Shown here: positions 28,498 through 37,625 of the stretch, one piece after another | Numbering within the stretch: position 1 is the first letter of the stretch | How the letters are laid out: each line of letters opens with the position of its first letter | Assembly (NCBI GenBank): GCA_963765205.1 | Contig: CAVXVB010000005.1 | Location: 512,001 to 576,000, forward strand | DNA length: 64,000 nt | Direction of reading: 5' to 3' | Origin: an uncultured Verrucomicrobiae bacterium | GTDB taxonomy: Bacteria > Verrucomicrobiota > Verrucomicrobiia > Opitutales > JABDGR01 | The notes under the pieces: model-generated | Told to the model about the DNA's origin: nothing | Seen by the model: only the letters and a program-made list of their open reading frames with translations | The model's database searches: none | Program-made: the position numbers and the translations under genes

Positions 28498-29370
28498 CGG
28501 TTCTTTGAGAGAACGGAAGGTTTGCGCAGGGGTTGCCTCGCAAGAGGTGGCCCACCGGCGGGGCCTTCTGGGATAATCCCGGGTAACCGGGGAAAGGTCG
28601 GGGTTAGTTGGTAGTCCCGGCCCCTCGCGGTCAGTCCCCATCTTCGGATGACGGACGCCCGAGGCATGTTTCACCCCTCCCGCCTTGGCGAGTCGCATCG
28701 CCGGGGTTCCTATTGCGACAAAAGGGAGGCGGCGGCCAGGTGCGCAAACGAATGCGCCACCAAGCCGAATGAGGACTGTGGCTGGTTCGTAGCCGCAGTC
28801 AACACAGGGTGACCCCAAGGATTGGGTCAAATTTGACTACCCTGCATACCAATCTGCCGGACACGGAGTCACGAGGGCACCTCGTGGGAAGGCTTTTCCC
28901 GGATGGGAAGAGTACGTAAAGCTCCGGGCCAGGCGGGAGGCGCGACGGTTCCAGAAGCGGGAGCCGCCCGGCCTGCATCACAGCCGTGGGCGCGCAAATA
29001 ACGCGTCGGCGGCCTGCACCATCAAATGTCCATTGAGGGATAAGAGGCAAGACCCGTACCCTTCAGGCCAACGCTCCGGGGGCAGTTCCCGGGGGCCGAC
29101 CTGAAGGACAGCGGTGACGAGGCTGTGTCGCAGCAGTCTCACCACCATGTGCGGCGCACTTCCCCGGCAGGGGATGGGCGAACCGTGCTGAAAGGCCTCA
29201 CCCAACAATCGCCGGGAGCAATCCGGGCGGCGGTCCTGCCAAGAGACCGATAATTCCGCGTTGCCGCGGGAACTGGCGTCGAGGAGCCGGCCGCCCACCT
29301 GCGAAGGTGCGAGCGCCCAAGGACCGGCGAATGGGAAAGAGCGTGTGGCGAGCGCCCACCCCCGTTTTTA
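28498..29370 (+). ncRNA. Large (~870-900 nt) highly structured non-coding RNA candidate
   Basis: No credible ORF; many stems with GCAA, GUAA, GCGA and cUUCGg loops, long-range helices, flanked by promoter, boxA-like site and terminator. Ends approximate. Confidence 0.75.
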
Positions 29371-29410
29371 GGCCCCGGAAGTTGCAAAACCTCCGGGGTC
29401 TTTTAATTTT
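29370..29410 (+). terminator. Rho-independent terminator
   Basis: ggccccggaagttgcaaaacctccggggtc followed by ttttaatttt. Confidence 0.8.
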
Positions 29411-29461
29411 GGCTGTTTCATTCGCTTGCCCGCCGCGCGGTTTTGCGCTTTTCCTTCTTCC

Positions 29462-30499
29462 ATGTCCGTTGACGCAACTAAGACCGCCCCCAGCGATGCT
29501 CCCCCCGCCCGCAAGGTCATCCTCACCTGCGCGCAGCCGACGGGGGCGCTGCATTTGGGCAATTACCTGGGGGCCGTCCAGAACTGGCGGCGAATGCAGG
29601 ATGACTACGAGTGCTACTTCGGCGTCGTAGATATGCACGCCATCACCCTGCCGTATGAGCCGGCCAAACTGCGGGCCTCCACGCTGGAACTGGTCGCGTG
29701 GTATATCGCCTGCGGACTCGATCCGGCCAAGGCGCATTTCTTTATCCAATCCCATGTCATCGGCCATGCCGAACTGGCCTGGGTGCTCGGTTGTTTGTGT
29801 CCGCTGGGCCAACTCGAGCGCATGACGCAGTTCAAGGACAAGTCCGCCAAGCAGGAGAGCATCGGCGCCGGACTGCTCTATTACCCGGTGCTGATGGCGG
29901 CGGACATCCTGCTCTATAATGCCGACGCCGTGCCCGTGGGCGAGGATCAGAAACAGCACCTCGAACTCGCGCGCGACCTCGCCGAAAAATTCAACCGCAC
30001 CTATTCTCCGACCTTCAAGGTGCCCGAGCCGTTTATCGCCAAGACCGGCGCACGCATCGCCTCGCTCGCGAACCCGGAGAAAAAAATGTCCAAGTCCGAC
30101 GAAGACCCCTCCGGCACGCTTTACCTGAACGACCCGCCCGCGGTGTTGCGCAAAAAAATCATGTCGGCCGTCACCGACTCCGGCGGCGAAGTTGTGGCGC
30201 GCGACGACAAGCCCGGCGTGACGAATTTGCTGCACATCCTCAGTGCCGTCACCGGCCGTGCGCTGTCGGAACTCGAAGCTGAATTTGCGGGCCAAGGCTA
30301 TGGTGCGTTTAAAGGCGCGGTCGCCGTTGCCGTCATCGCCACGCTCGAGCCCGTGCAGAAAAAATACGCCGAGTTGATGGCGAGCAAGGATCACTTGCTC
30401 GAAGTCATCAAAACCGGTGGCGACGTTGCGCAGAAGACGGCCTACAAAACCCTCGCCAAAGTTTACCGCAAAGTCGGCTTCCTCGAACGCGCGCGATAA
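29462..30499 (+). CDS. trpS: Tryptophan--tRNA ligase
   Basis: QPTGALHLGNYLGA, YPVLMAADILLY, VPVGEDQKQHLE, KMSKS. Confidence 0.98.
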   Translation: MSVDATKTAPSDAPPARKVILTCAQPTGALHLGNYLGAVQNWRRMQDDYECYFGVVDMHAITLPYEPAKLRASTLELVAWYIACGLDPAKAHFFIQSHVIGHAELAWVLGCLCPLGQLERMTQFKDKSAKQESIGAGLLYYPVLMAADILLYNADAVPVGEDQKQHLELARDLAEKFNRTYSPTFKVPEPFIAKTGARIASLANPEKKMSKSDEDPSGTLYLNDPPAVLRKKIMSAVTDSGGEVVARDDKPGVTNLLHILSAVTGRALSELEAEFAGQGYGAFKGAVAVAVIATLEPVQKKYAELMASKDHLLEVIKTGGDVAQKTAYKTLAKVYRKVGFLERAR

Positions 30500-30524
30500 G
30501 CGCTTTGTTGAAACCGACTTGCTC

Positions 30525-30553
30525 CGTAGCGCGGGCTGAAGCACCGCGCTACG
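30525..30553. repeat. REP-like palindrome, copy 2 (GTAG...CTAC)
   Basis: cgtagcgcgggctgaagcaccgcgctacg. Confidence 0.75.
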
Positions 30554-30663
30554 AAACTGGCCTTGGCCGCAAAGTGCGGATTCCCCTCAAAAAATCCGCG
30601 AAATGAGCCTTGACAAGTCAACTCTGTAATGCAAAGCTAACGACCAGCCACCCATCCTCCGCC

Positions 30664-31251
30664 ATGGCCTTACCCCTGCTGCTTGCGCCGTCCGTTCCCG
30701 CTTGGGAGATGCTCACCCGCGTCGCCGCGCCCGCCGCAGCGATGTCCGGTGCGTTTCCGGGGTCGGCCGAGGGTTGGATGATACCCGCCGCGCTTTTATT
30801 GCCTTTGACGCCCTTGTTTGGGCCGGCTGACTCGACCGGCGCGGAAAACTACCTCGCCGGCCTGCAGGCCGAGCATTTGCTGGGTTCGTGCGTTTTACCG
30901 GCGGGCAACCGGCGGCGCGGGCCGTTGGCCTGGCTGGGGGTCGCCCTGCGCGACCAGGGGCGCAAGCTCTTTGCCGACCTGCGCGGCGGTTGCTGGATTC
31001 CCGGGTTTCCGGCGATTGGGCGGGGCCGGGAACTGTTGCGCGCGGCGGGGATCGCCGATGGCGCAGGTTTGGCCGCAGCCTTGCTCGAACTGGGCCTGCC
31101 CGGCACGGTTGGCCCCGAGTTATATTTCAACATCCACGATGCCCAGCCCGGCCAGGAGTGCGCGCGGGTTTATGTCCTCGACGCCTCGGCCCGGCGCCTG
31201 CACGGCTTTGCCCTGCCGCCATCCGCGCTTGCGCCATGGGGGGCGAAATGA
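30664..31251 (+). CDS. Hypothetical protein
   Basis: ORF downstream of TTGACA (30610), first of a co-oriented gene run; no motif recognised. Confidence 0.5.
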   Translation: MALPLLLAPSVPAWEMLTRVAAPAAAMSGAFPGSAEGWMIPAALLLPLTPLFGPADSTGAENYLAGLQAEHLLGSCVLPAGNRRRGPLAWLGVALRDQGRKLFADLRGGCWIPGFPAIGRGRELLRAAGIADGAGLAAALLELGLPGTVGPELYFNIHDAQPGQECARVYVLDASARRLHGFALPPSALAPWGAK

Positions 31252-31254
31252 TAG

Positions 31255-31935
31255 TTGGGAAGTGATAATTCAATCGCCGTGAAAACCTCGCTCCATGAAG
31301 CCTTGCGCCAAGTCCGCGACCTCCAGCAGGCGATTTTGGAGAAACAGCGATTCAAAGGCTACTCCGGCCGCGCCCGCGCCATGGGCGGTTGCGTCGCGCT
31401 GGCGGCAGGGATGATATTCGGCTCGGCATTCATGCCGGACACGCCACAGGCGCATTTGATGGGCTGGGGGATTGTTTTTGCGCTGGCGTTGGTGCTCAAC
31501 TATTGGGCGCTAATTTACTGGTTCTTGCACGACCCCGAAGTCGGGCGCGACACGCGCCGGTTGCGGCCCGCGCTGGAAATCGTCCCCTTGCTGGTGGTGG
31601 GCGGCGTGTTGACGGCGGCGCTGGCGCTGCACGATGAATTCAACCTCTTGTTCGGCATGTGGATGGCGATGTATGGGTTGATGAATTTCACGGCGCGGGC
31701 GGTGCTGCCGCGCGGGCTGTCCTGGGTCGGGCTTTATTATCTCTTGTGTGGCGTGCTCTGCCTGCTCGGCCTGCCGACTCTGTCGTTCACACGCGACGCC
31801 TGGGTGATGGGCATGGTGTTTTTCATCGGCGAATTTTTTGGCGGCCTCGTGCTGCACTATGACGAAAAGCCGCTGCCCGCGCTGCGCACGTTTTTTGGAT
31901 TTCCCGCCCCCGCCGGCACCGAAGAGGTCGAGTGA
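31255..31935 (+). CDS. Multi-pass membrane protein
   Basis: About six hydrophobic segments, FKGYSG motif; precedes a winged-helix regulator; start may be GTG 31279. Confidence 0.75.
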   Translation: MGSDNSIAVKTSLHEALRQVRDLQQAILEKQRFKGYSGRARAMGGCVALAAGMIFGSAFMPDTPQAHLMGWGIVFALALVLNYWALIYWFLHDPEVGRDTRRLRPALEIVPLLVVGGVLTAALALHDEFNLLFGMWMAMYGLMNFTARAVLPRGLSWVGLYYLLCGVLCLLGLPTLSFTRDAWVMGMVFFIGEFFGGLVLHYDEKPLPALRTFFGFPAPAGTEEVE

Positions 31936-31990
31936 TTGCCCGCCAAAAACCAGCGACTAAAAACAAAAAACTAAATAACTTCCAAAGTTC

Positions 31991-32359
31991 ATGTCCGACA
32001 ACCCCTTTGCCGCGCTTTCCCGCGTGATGCATGAGCCCAACCGGCTCGCGCTGGTCTCGGCTTTGGCCGCGGCGGTGGACGGCTTGTCCTTCGGCGAACT
32101 CAAGGAAGCCTGCGATTTGACGGACGGCAATCTCAACCGACACCTCAAAGCCCTCGAGGACGACGGCATCATCGCCCAGCGCAAGGAGACTGTCCGCGGC
32201 GGCCGCCCGCACACGACCGTCACGCTCACCCCGGCTGGGCGTCGGCGCTTTGTGAAGTATCTCGAAACACTCGAAGAAGTCCTCGCGCAAGCAGCGGCGG
32301 CGGTGGGCACACCCGCACCGGGCCTCACGCTGCCAATGGCCCGCCCGAGTCGAGCATGA
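31991..32359 (+). CDS. Winged-helix transcriptional regulator (ArsR/MarR-like)
   Basis: HEPNRL, SFGELKEACDLTDGNLNRHLKALE, LTPAGR. Confidence 0.88.
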   Translation: MSDNPFAALSRVMHEPNRLALVSALAAAVDGLSFGELKEACDLTDGNLNRHLKALEDDGIIAQRKETVRGGRPHTTVTLTPAGRRRFVKYLETLEEVLAQAAAAVGTPAPGLTLPMARPSRA

Positions 32360-32384
32360 ATTTAACCGCCCCTGCGTTTACCCC

Positions 32385-33131
32385 ATGGACCCCATTGATG
32401 ACATTTTAATTCCCCCCGCGTCACGCAAGCCGGACACCCGGCGCTTGCGCGCGCGACACATTTTACGCATCCTGGCGTTTATCATTGTCGTGGCGGCGCT
32501 GCTCTACGCAGGCAAGCTGTTGAAGTTTAATGCCAACGACACGCTGGCGCACCGGCGGGCCGACCTGCTCGGCGTGGCGCCGCTGTTTTTCTTTGGCGTG
32601 GTTTTGTGGTGGTATGCCGGGCGCAAGGTGGAGGAACTGGATCAACCCTTGTTTCGGGGGACCGCCGAAGACCCGGCTGACGTGCGGCTGGGTGTTCGCA
32701 GCCAATTTTTGGCGGGCCTCAGTGTTATTGCCGTGTTCACGGGTTTGTGTTCGGTGCTATTTGGCGGAATCCTCGCGTGGCGGCCCGAAGCCCTCAAGCC
32801 CGTGCTCCCGGCCTTGACGCAAAACCCTTTGCTGGGGCGGCCCTTTCTGGCCATCGGCGCGCTGTTGATCATCCTGGGGATGGGGGCGCTGGCCCTGGCG
32901 CGCAATGGATTTTGGGTGGTGTTGAGTCTGCTGGCGGGTTTTATCGGCATGCTGGCGGTGGCACTCGGCGCGGCGCTGGCGTGGCATCGTGATGTCTTGT
33001 TGCCGGCCTTTCCATTTTTGCTGCACCTGCAGCTCGCCCCGCGCCCGATTTTGGGCATCGGCATACTGTTGGAGGTTCTGGCCCTCATTGCGCTAGGGCT
33101 GGCGCTGCGGCGCAAAACCCCGCGCACCTGA
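32385..33131 (+). CDS. Hypothetical multi-pass membrane protein
   Basis: About six hydrophobic segments, host-like codon usage. Confidence 0.7.
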   Translation: MDPIDDILIPPASRKPDTRRLRARHILRILAFIIVVAALLYAGKLLKFNANDTLAHRRADLLGVAPLFFFGVVLWWYAGRKVEELDQPLFRGTAEDPADVRLGVRSQFLAGLSVIAVFTGLCSVLFGGILAWRPEALKPVLPALTQNPLLGRPFLAIGALLIILGMGALALARNGFWVVLSLLAGFIGMLAVALGAALAWHRDVLLPAFPFLLHLQLAPRPILGIGILLEVLALIALGLALRRKTPRT

Positions 33132-33149
33132 CCGGCCGGCGCGGCGGTT

Positions 33150-33866
33150 CTATTTCGCGGTTCCGTTGCCGGCCGTGGTCGGCGCTTCGGGCAGCTTCAG
33201 CTTGTCGAGCTTGGGGGCGATGATGATCCGGCAATAGCCGGCATCGGAATTGTTGTTGAAATATTCCTGGTGGTAATCCTCGGCCTTGTAAAAGGGGCCG
33301 GCCTTCGTGATTTCGGTGACAATCGGGTCCTTGAAGTTCTTTTGCGCGGCGGCCTTGGATCTCTCGGCAGCGGCCTTCTGGGCGTCGTTGAAATAAAATA
33401 TCACGGAACGATAGGAGGTGCCGGTGTCGGCGCCTTGGCGGTTGAGGGTCGTCGGGTCGTGCATGTGCCAAAACCACTCAAGCAGTTGCGCATAGGAAAT
33501 GACTTTGGGGTCGAACTTCACCTGCGTCACCTCGGCGTGGCCGGTCGTCTCTGTGCAGACTTGGTCATAGGTCGGGTTGGCGACGGTGCCGCCCATATAG
33601 CCGCAGGTGGCCTCCCAGACGCCGTCGAGGCGTTCGAAGACGGCCTGCGAGCACCAAAAGCAACCCGTGCCGAAAACCGCCGTTTCAAGGTCGGCGGGCG
33701 GCGGCCCCTTTTTCTGCGGCGCGGGCATGGGCGGCGTGCTGGTGGACGAAGTGGCGGCGGGCATGGCGGTCGAGGGATTATAGATGTAAACGAAAGCAAA
33801 CATGCCGGCGACCACGAGGGCAGCCAGCCAACCCAGCAGGGAGCGAAATCCAGGAATGAGTGCCAT
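33150..33866 (-). CDS. msrA: Peptide methionine sulfoxide reductase A with N-terminal membrane anchor
   Basis: GCFWC, GYMGG, NPTY, TGHAE, HDPTTLNRQGAD, AEDYHQEY. Confidence 0.95.
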   Translation of the reverse strand: MALIPGFRSLLGWLAALVVAGMFAFVYIYNPSTAMPAATSSTSTPPMPAPQKKGPPPADLETAVFGTGCFWCSQAVFERLDGVWEATCGYMGGTVANPTYDQVCTETTGHAEVTQVKFDPKVISYAQLLEWFWHMHDPTTLNRQGADTGTSYRSVIFYFNDAQKAAAERSKAAAQKNFKDPIVTEITKAGPFYKAEDYHQEYFNNNSDAGYCRIIIAPKLDKLKLPEAPTTAGNGTAK

Positions 33867-33973
33867 AATGTTTGCCAGAACAGCCTAAATCACCTAAGGT
33901 TCCCCGCGCAATGCTCAAAAGCCAAGGAAATTGATGACGGCGTGCGCCGCCGGATGGGCTTGCAACCAACCAC

Positions 33974-35986
33974 GTGGAACAGTCCTTTCAGGAAAATGAA
34001 GACTGGCTGCGCTCCGCCATGGAGCACTCCTCCATCGGCATGGCCCTGGTTGCTCCGGACGGGCGCTGGCTCAAGGTCAACCGCGCCCTTTGCCGCATCG
34101 TGGGCTACCACGAGGTGGAACTGCTCGCCACGGATTTTCAGTCCATCACCCATCCGGACGACCTGGCGGCGGACTTGGCGCTGGTGCGGCGACTCTTGGG
34201 CGGGGAAATCGCCAGTTATGACCTGGAAAAACGCTATTTTCGCAAGGACGGCCACCTCGTTTGGATTCACCTCACTGTCTCGCTGGTGCGCGACCGGCAG
34301 GGCGAACCACTCCACTTTATTTCGCAGATTCAGGACATCACCGAACGCAAACTCAACGAGGAGAAAATCCGCCAAAGTGAAGCCATGATGGCCGCCGCCG
34401 AGCACCTCGCGCATTTCGGCAGTTGGGAGCTGGACCTCGCGAACCCGGAGCTAAATGGCAACCCGCTGCGTTGGTCAGACGAATGTCACCGCATCTTTGG
34501 CTTCGAACCGGGTCGCGTGACGGTGACCAACGAATTGTTCTTCAGTCGCGTGCCCCGCGACGACCACGAAGCCATCCAGCAGGCCGTGGCCCGGGCCATT
34601 GCGGAGCGCGGGGTTTATTCGGTTGAGCATCGCGTGTTGCTGCCCGGCGGCGAAGTGCGCCACGTTCACGAACAGGCCCAAGTGGTGGTGGACGAGGCCA
34701 CCGGCCAGCCGCGGAAAATGATTGGCACTGTGCATGACATTACGGAACGCCGCCAGGCCATGGCGGCCATGGTCAAGGCCAAAGAGGAGGCCGAAGCCGC
34801 CGCCCGCACAAAATCCGAATTTCTGGCCATGATCAGCCATGAGATCCGCACGCCGCTCAACCCTATCCTCGGCGCGGCGCAATTGCTCCTCGACCAGCAA
34901 AGCTCCCCGGAACAACGCGAGCTGTTGCAGATCATCCAGAACGCCGGCGAGCATTTGCTTACGCTATTGAGCGATATTCTCGATTTGGCCAAACTGGAAT
35001 CCGGCGGCGCCAGCCTGTCAGTCTCCCCGTGCCTGGTGGGCGAATTGGTGCAAGGCGTGCTGGACATCAAGAGCGAGGACGCCCGCCGCAAGGGCCTCGC
35101 GCTGGCCATGCAACTGGATTCGCACCTGGCCTTCTGCTATTTGCTGGACGAGCCGCGCCTGCGCCAAATTCTCCTCAATTTCATCGGCAACGCCGTCAAA
35201 TTCACCAACGAAGGCGGTATCACGGTGCGCGTCGAGCGCTTCGAGACCGGCCACCAGCGCGACTTGTTGCGCTTCAGCGTGCGCGACACCGGCATCGGCC
35301 TGAGCACTGAACACTCCGCCCGCATCTTCGAGCCATTTTACCAGGTGGACAGTTCTGCCACCCGCCGCTACGAAGGCGCGGGCCTGGGCCTCTCCATTTG
35401 CCGCCGCCTGGTGGAAATGATGGGGGGCGAGATTGGCGTGGAAAGCCGCCTCGGTGAGGGCGCGACTTTCTGGTTTAGCGCGTGGCTGGAACGCCGGCGC
35501 TCCCTGGTCGGCAGCGGCACGCCTTGGCCAATGCCGCTGGCCAGCGCGCGCCGCCGCAGTATTTTGCTCGCCGATGCCAACGAACAAGCCCGCCTCATCC
35601 TCACTACGATGCTCGAACATGCCGGCTGCGAAATTGCGTCGGCGGAAACGGGCGCGGGCGCGCTGGCATTGTTCCGGCCCGGGGTGTTTGATTTGGTGTT
35701 GTTGGACCTGCGGCTGCCCGACCTCGACGGCTGTGCAACCGCCACCCTCATCCGTGAGTGCGAACGCGCCGCTGGCGGGCCGCTGGCGCCCATTATCATT
35801 CAAGCGGAGGTAGCGGATTGCCCGGACCTGAGCACTCTGGAAAAAGCCAGACTGGACGATGTGCTGGTCAAACCCGTTCGCCAGGTGAATTTACTCAATC
35901 TGTTGAATCGCCACGCGCCTTTGCCCGCGGCCGCCCACAAGCCTAAACGGGAAGCGCCGCCCGCTGGCGTTTCCGGTCCAGGCTGA
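33974..35986 (+). CDS. Dual-PAS hybrid sensor histidine kinase
   Basis: Two PAS/PAC units (THPDD, QIQDITERK; HDITERR), SHEIRTPLN, GNAVKFT, DTGIG, GAGLGL, REC domain. Confidence 0.94.
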   Translation: MEQSFQENEDWLRSAMEHSSIGMALVAPDGRWLKVNRALCRIVGYHEVELLATDFQSITHPDDLAADLALVRRLLGGEIASYDLEKRYFRKDGHLVWIHLTVSLVRDRQGEPLHFISQIQDITERKLNEEKIRQSEAMMAAAEHLAHFGSWELDLANPELNGNPLRWSDECHRIFGFEPGRVTVTNELFFSRVPRDDHEAIQQAVARAIAERGVYSVEHRVLLPGGEVRHVHEQAQVVVDEATGQPRKMIGTVHDITERRQAMAAMVKAKEEAEAAARTKSEFLAMISHEIRTPLNPILGAAQLLLDQQSSPEQRELLQIIQNAGEHLLTLLSDILDLAKLESGGASLSVSPCLVGELVQGVLDIKSEDARRKGLALAMQLDSHLAFCYLLDEPRLRQILLNFIGNAVKFTNEGGITVRVERFETGHQRDLLRFSVRDTGIGLSTEHSARIFEPFYQVDSSATRRYEGAGLGLSICRRLVEMMGGEIGVESRLGEGATFWFSAWLERRRSLVGSGTPWPMPLASARRRSILLADANEQARLILTTMLEHAGCEIASAETGAGALALFRPGVFDLVLLDLRLPDLDGCATATLIRECERAAGGPLAPIIIQAEVADCPDLSTLEKARLDDVLVKPVRQVNLLNLLNRHAPLPAAAHKPKREAPPAGVSGPG

Positions 35987-36008
35987 AGCCGCATCCGGCA
36001 GTTTACCC

Positions 36009-36332
36009 ATGACCCCACCCCCGCTCGACCTCCAGCTCATTGGCCGCGAAGTCGCCCTGCGCTGGCCCGATGGCGCGGAGGATTTTCTGCCGGCGGAGTT
36101 TTTGCGCGCCCGCTCGCCCAGCGCCGAAAACATCGGCGAACGCGACATCTTTGGCCAGCAATACGGCGGCGATGGCCCCAAGAACTTTGCCAACGTCGAA
36201 GTGCAAAGCTGGCAGCCGGTCGGCAATTACGGCGCCGCCTTCACTTTCAGCGACGGCCACAAAACCGGCATCTACACCTGGAAATACCTCCGCGCCCTCG
36301 GCGAGGAATGGCGCGGCGGGAGCAAGGCCTGA
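36009..36332 (+). CDS. DUF971 / GBBH N-terminal-like small protein
   Basis: WPDG, LRARSPSAE, VGNY, FSDGHKTGIYTWKYL. Confidence 0.88.
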   Translation: MTPPPLDLQLIGREVALRWPDGAEDFLPAEFLRARSPSAENIGERDIFGQQYGGDGPKNFANVEVQSWQPVGNYGAAFTFSDGHKTGIYTWKYLRALGEEWRGGSKA

Positions 36333-36350
36333 GGTGCCGGATTGCTCATT

Positions 36351-36602
36351 TTATTTCCGATGCCGACCATCGGTGAAATGTGCGCCCACGGCGATGATCA
36401 GCACGCCCGCCAGTAAAACTCCGCCGCAGGCCAGCAGCTTCATCTGCGCGCCCATTTTATCCGTGGTCAGGACCCCATACATCGCGCCCGCGGTGGCCGC
36501 CAGGGCGAGGATGCAGAGCACCCGTGAAAGCGTGGTGAACGGTGGCTTGGGTGGGGGCGCATCGCCCGGGTTGGGCGCGTTGGGTGGGGGAGGTGGCATC
36601 AT
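36351..36602 (-). CDS. Small two-TM membrane protein
   Basis: Pro-rich N-terminus and two hydrophobic helices. Confidence 0.6.
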   Translation of the reverse strand: MMPPPPPNAPNPGDAPPPKPPFTTLSRVLCILALAATAGAMYGVLTTDKMGAQMKLLACGGVLLAGVLIIAVGAHFTDGRHRK

Positions 36603-36679
36603 GGAAAGGTTAGGCAGGCATTCAGTAAATGAGGAGATTTTTTTCCGGATTTTTTGCTAATGCGTGCGCTCCTTTTCAT

Positions 36680-37464
36680 TTAACGGTATGGGTAAGCGTA
36701 ATGGTAAGGATAATAGTAATGGTTATTCAGCAGAATATCCAAGGCCACCACGCCGGTGATGATGATCGCGCCGCCGACGACCTCCGCGGTGCCCCCGAGG
36801 ACTCTTTCCGCCCGGCCGCCGAAGGTGTCGCGGTAGGGCGGGGGAAACAGCGTGCGGCTGGCGACCGAGGCTTCGAGCGGCCCGTCTGCGGTGAGCCAAA
36901 TAAAATGTTCGTTGGGCATGGCGAAGCCGGATGGCCCCATTGGGGGGCGTTGGCGGGGCTGCCGTTGCCTGGGCTGGCCGCCGGAGCCGGAAAGGCGGGA
37001 GCATTGAACGAGGGAGGCAGCGCCTGCGTCACCATGCCGGCGGGCAGTGGTGGCTGCGACAGGGGCGGCAGCCAGGTTCCGGGCAGGGTGAAGGGGTCCA
37101 ACTCGACCCAAAACACTTCGTCCCCCAGCGTATTGCGGACATAGGTTCGGTGCATCACGACGCTTTCGGAAAAAGTTTCGCCATAGCCGGGGTGCGCCTT
37201 GATTTCGGCCAGCGCGGCGGACACATTGTGCCCGAGCACGTTTTGATCCACCAGATACAGGCGTTGTCCGGGCGGCTGCGGTTTTTGCTGGTTATACACG
37301 AGCGCGAGCTGGCCCACGACCGATTGGCTGATTTCCGTTAATTGCAAGGTGGCGTAGGGACGCGCCGCCGCGGGCGCGGAAGCGCAGCCCGCCGCGCAAC
37401 TGGCCGCGCCGAGGGCCAGCAGGCGGAGGAGAGTGTTTTTGCGCGGAGAGCCGGAATTTTTCAT
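36680..37464 (-). CDS. Putative lipoprotein, split by a frameshift near 36942-36947
   Basis: Lipobox AAGC; one extra base in the G6 run joins ...ANAP to PMGPSGFAMPNEHFIWLT...YYYPYHYAYPYR. Confidence 0.6.
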
Positions 37465-37625
37465 GGGTTGCGCTTTCGATCATTCTTCATTCGTCTTGAA
37501 AGAAAAGCAGGAACCGGGTAGTGGTACAGTTAGCCCGCTGGCCGTGTTAGCTGCTGCTTAATAAGCAGAAAAGGCGCTTCGCAATTTGCGTTAGTTGCCA
37601 ATGGGTTTTGGCGGCGTCCGGTAAA

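Noticed and set aside
28491..29330. Group II intron reading of the large RNA (GTGCG at 28491, GAGCCG at ~29284)
   Set aside because: No canonical 34-nt domain V or domain VI, no RT ORF and no interrupted gene; the GTGCG overlaps the predicted -10 element.
28498..29370. tmRNA, RNase P RNA or a trpS T-box leader
   Set aside because: No tRNA-like ends, no GAGGAAAGTCC RNase P motif, no AAnnnGGGTGGnACC T-box, and far longer than these RNAs.
28313..29387. Short ORFs predicted across the intergenic region
   Set aside because: Overlapping on both strands with no recognisable motifs or codon bias; better explained by structured RNA.
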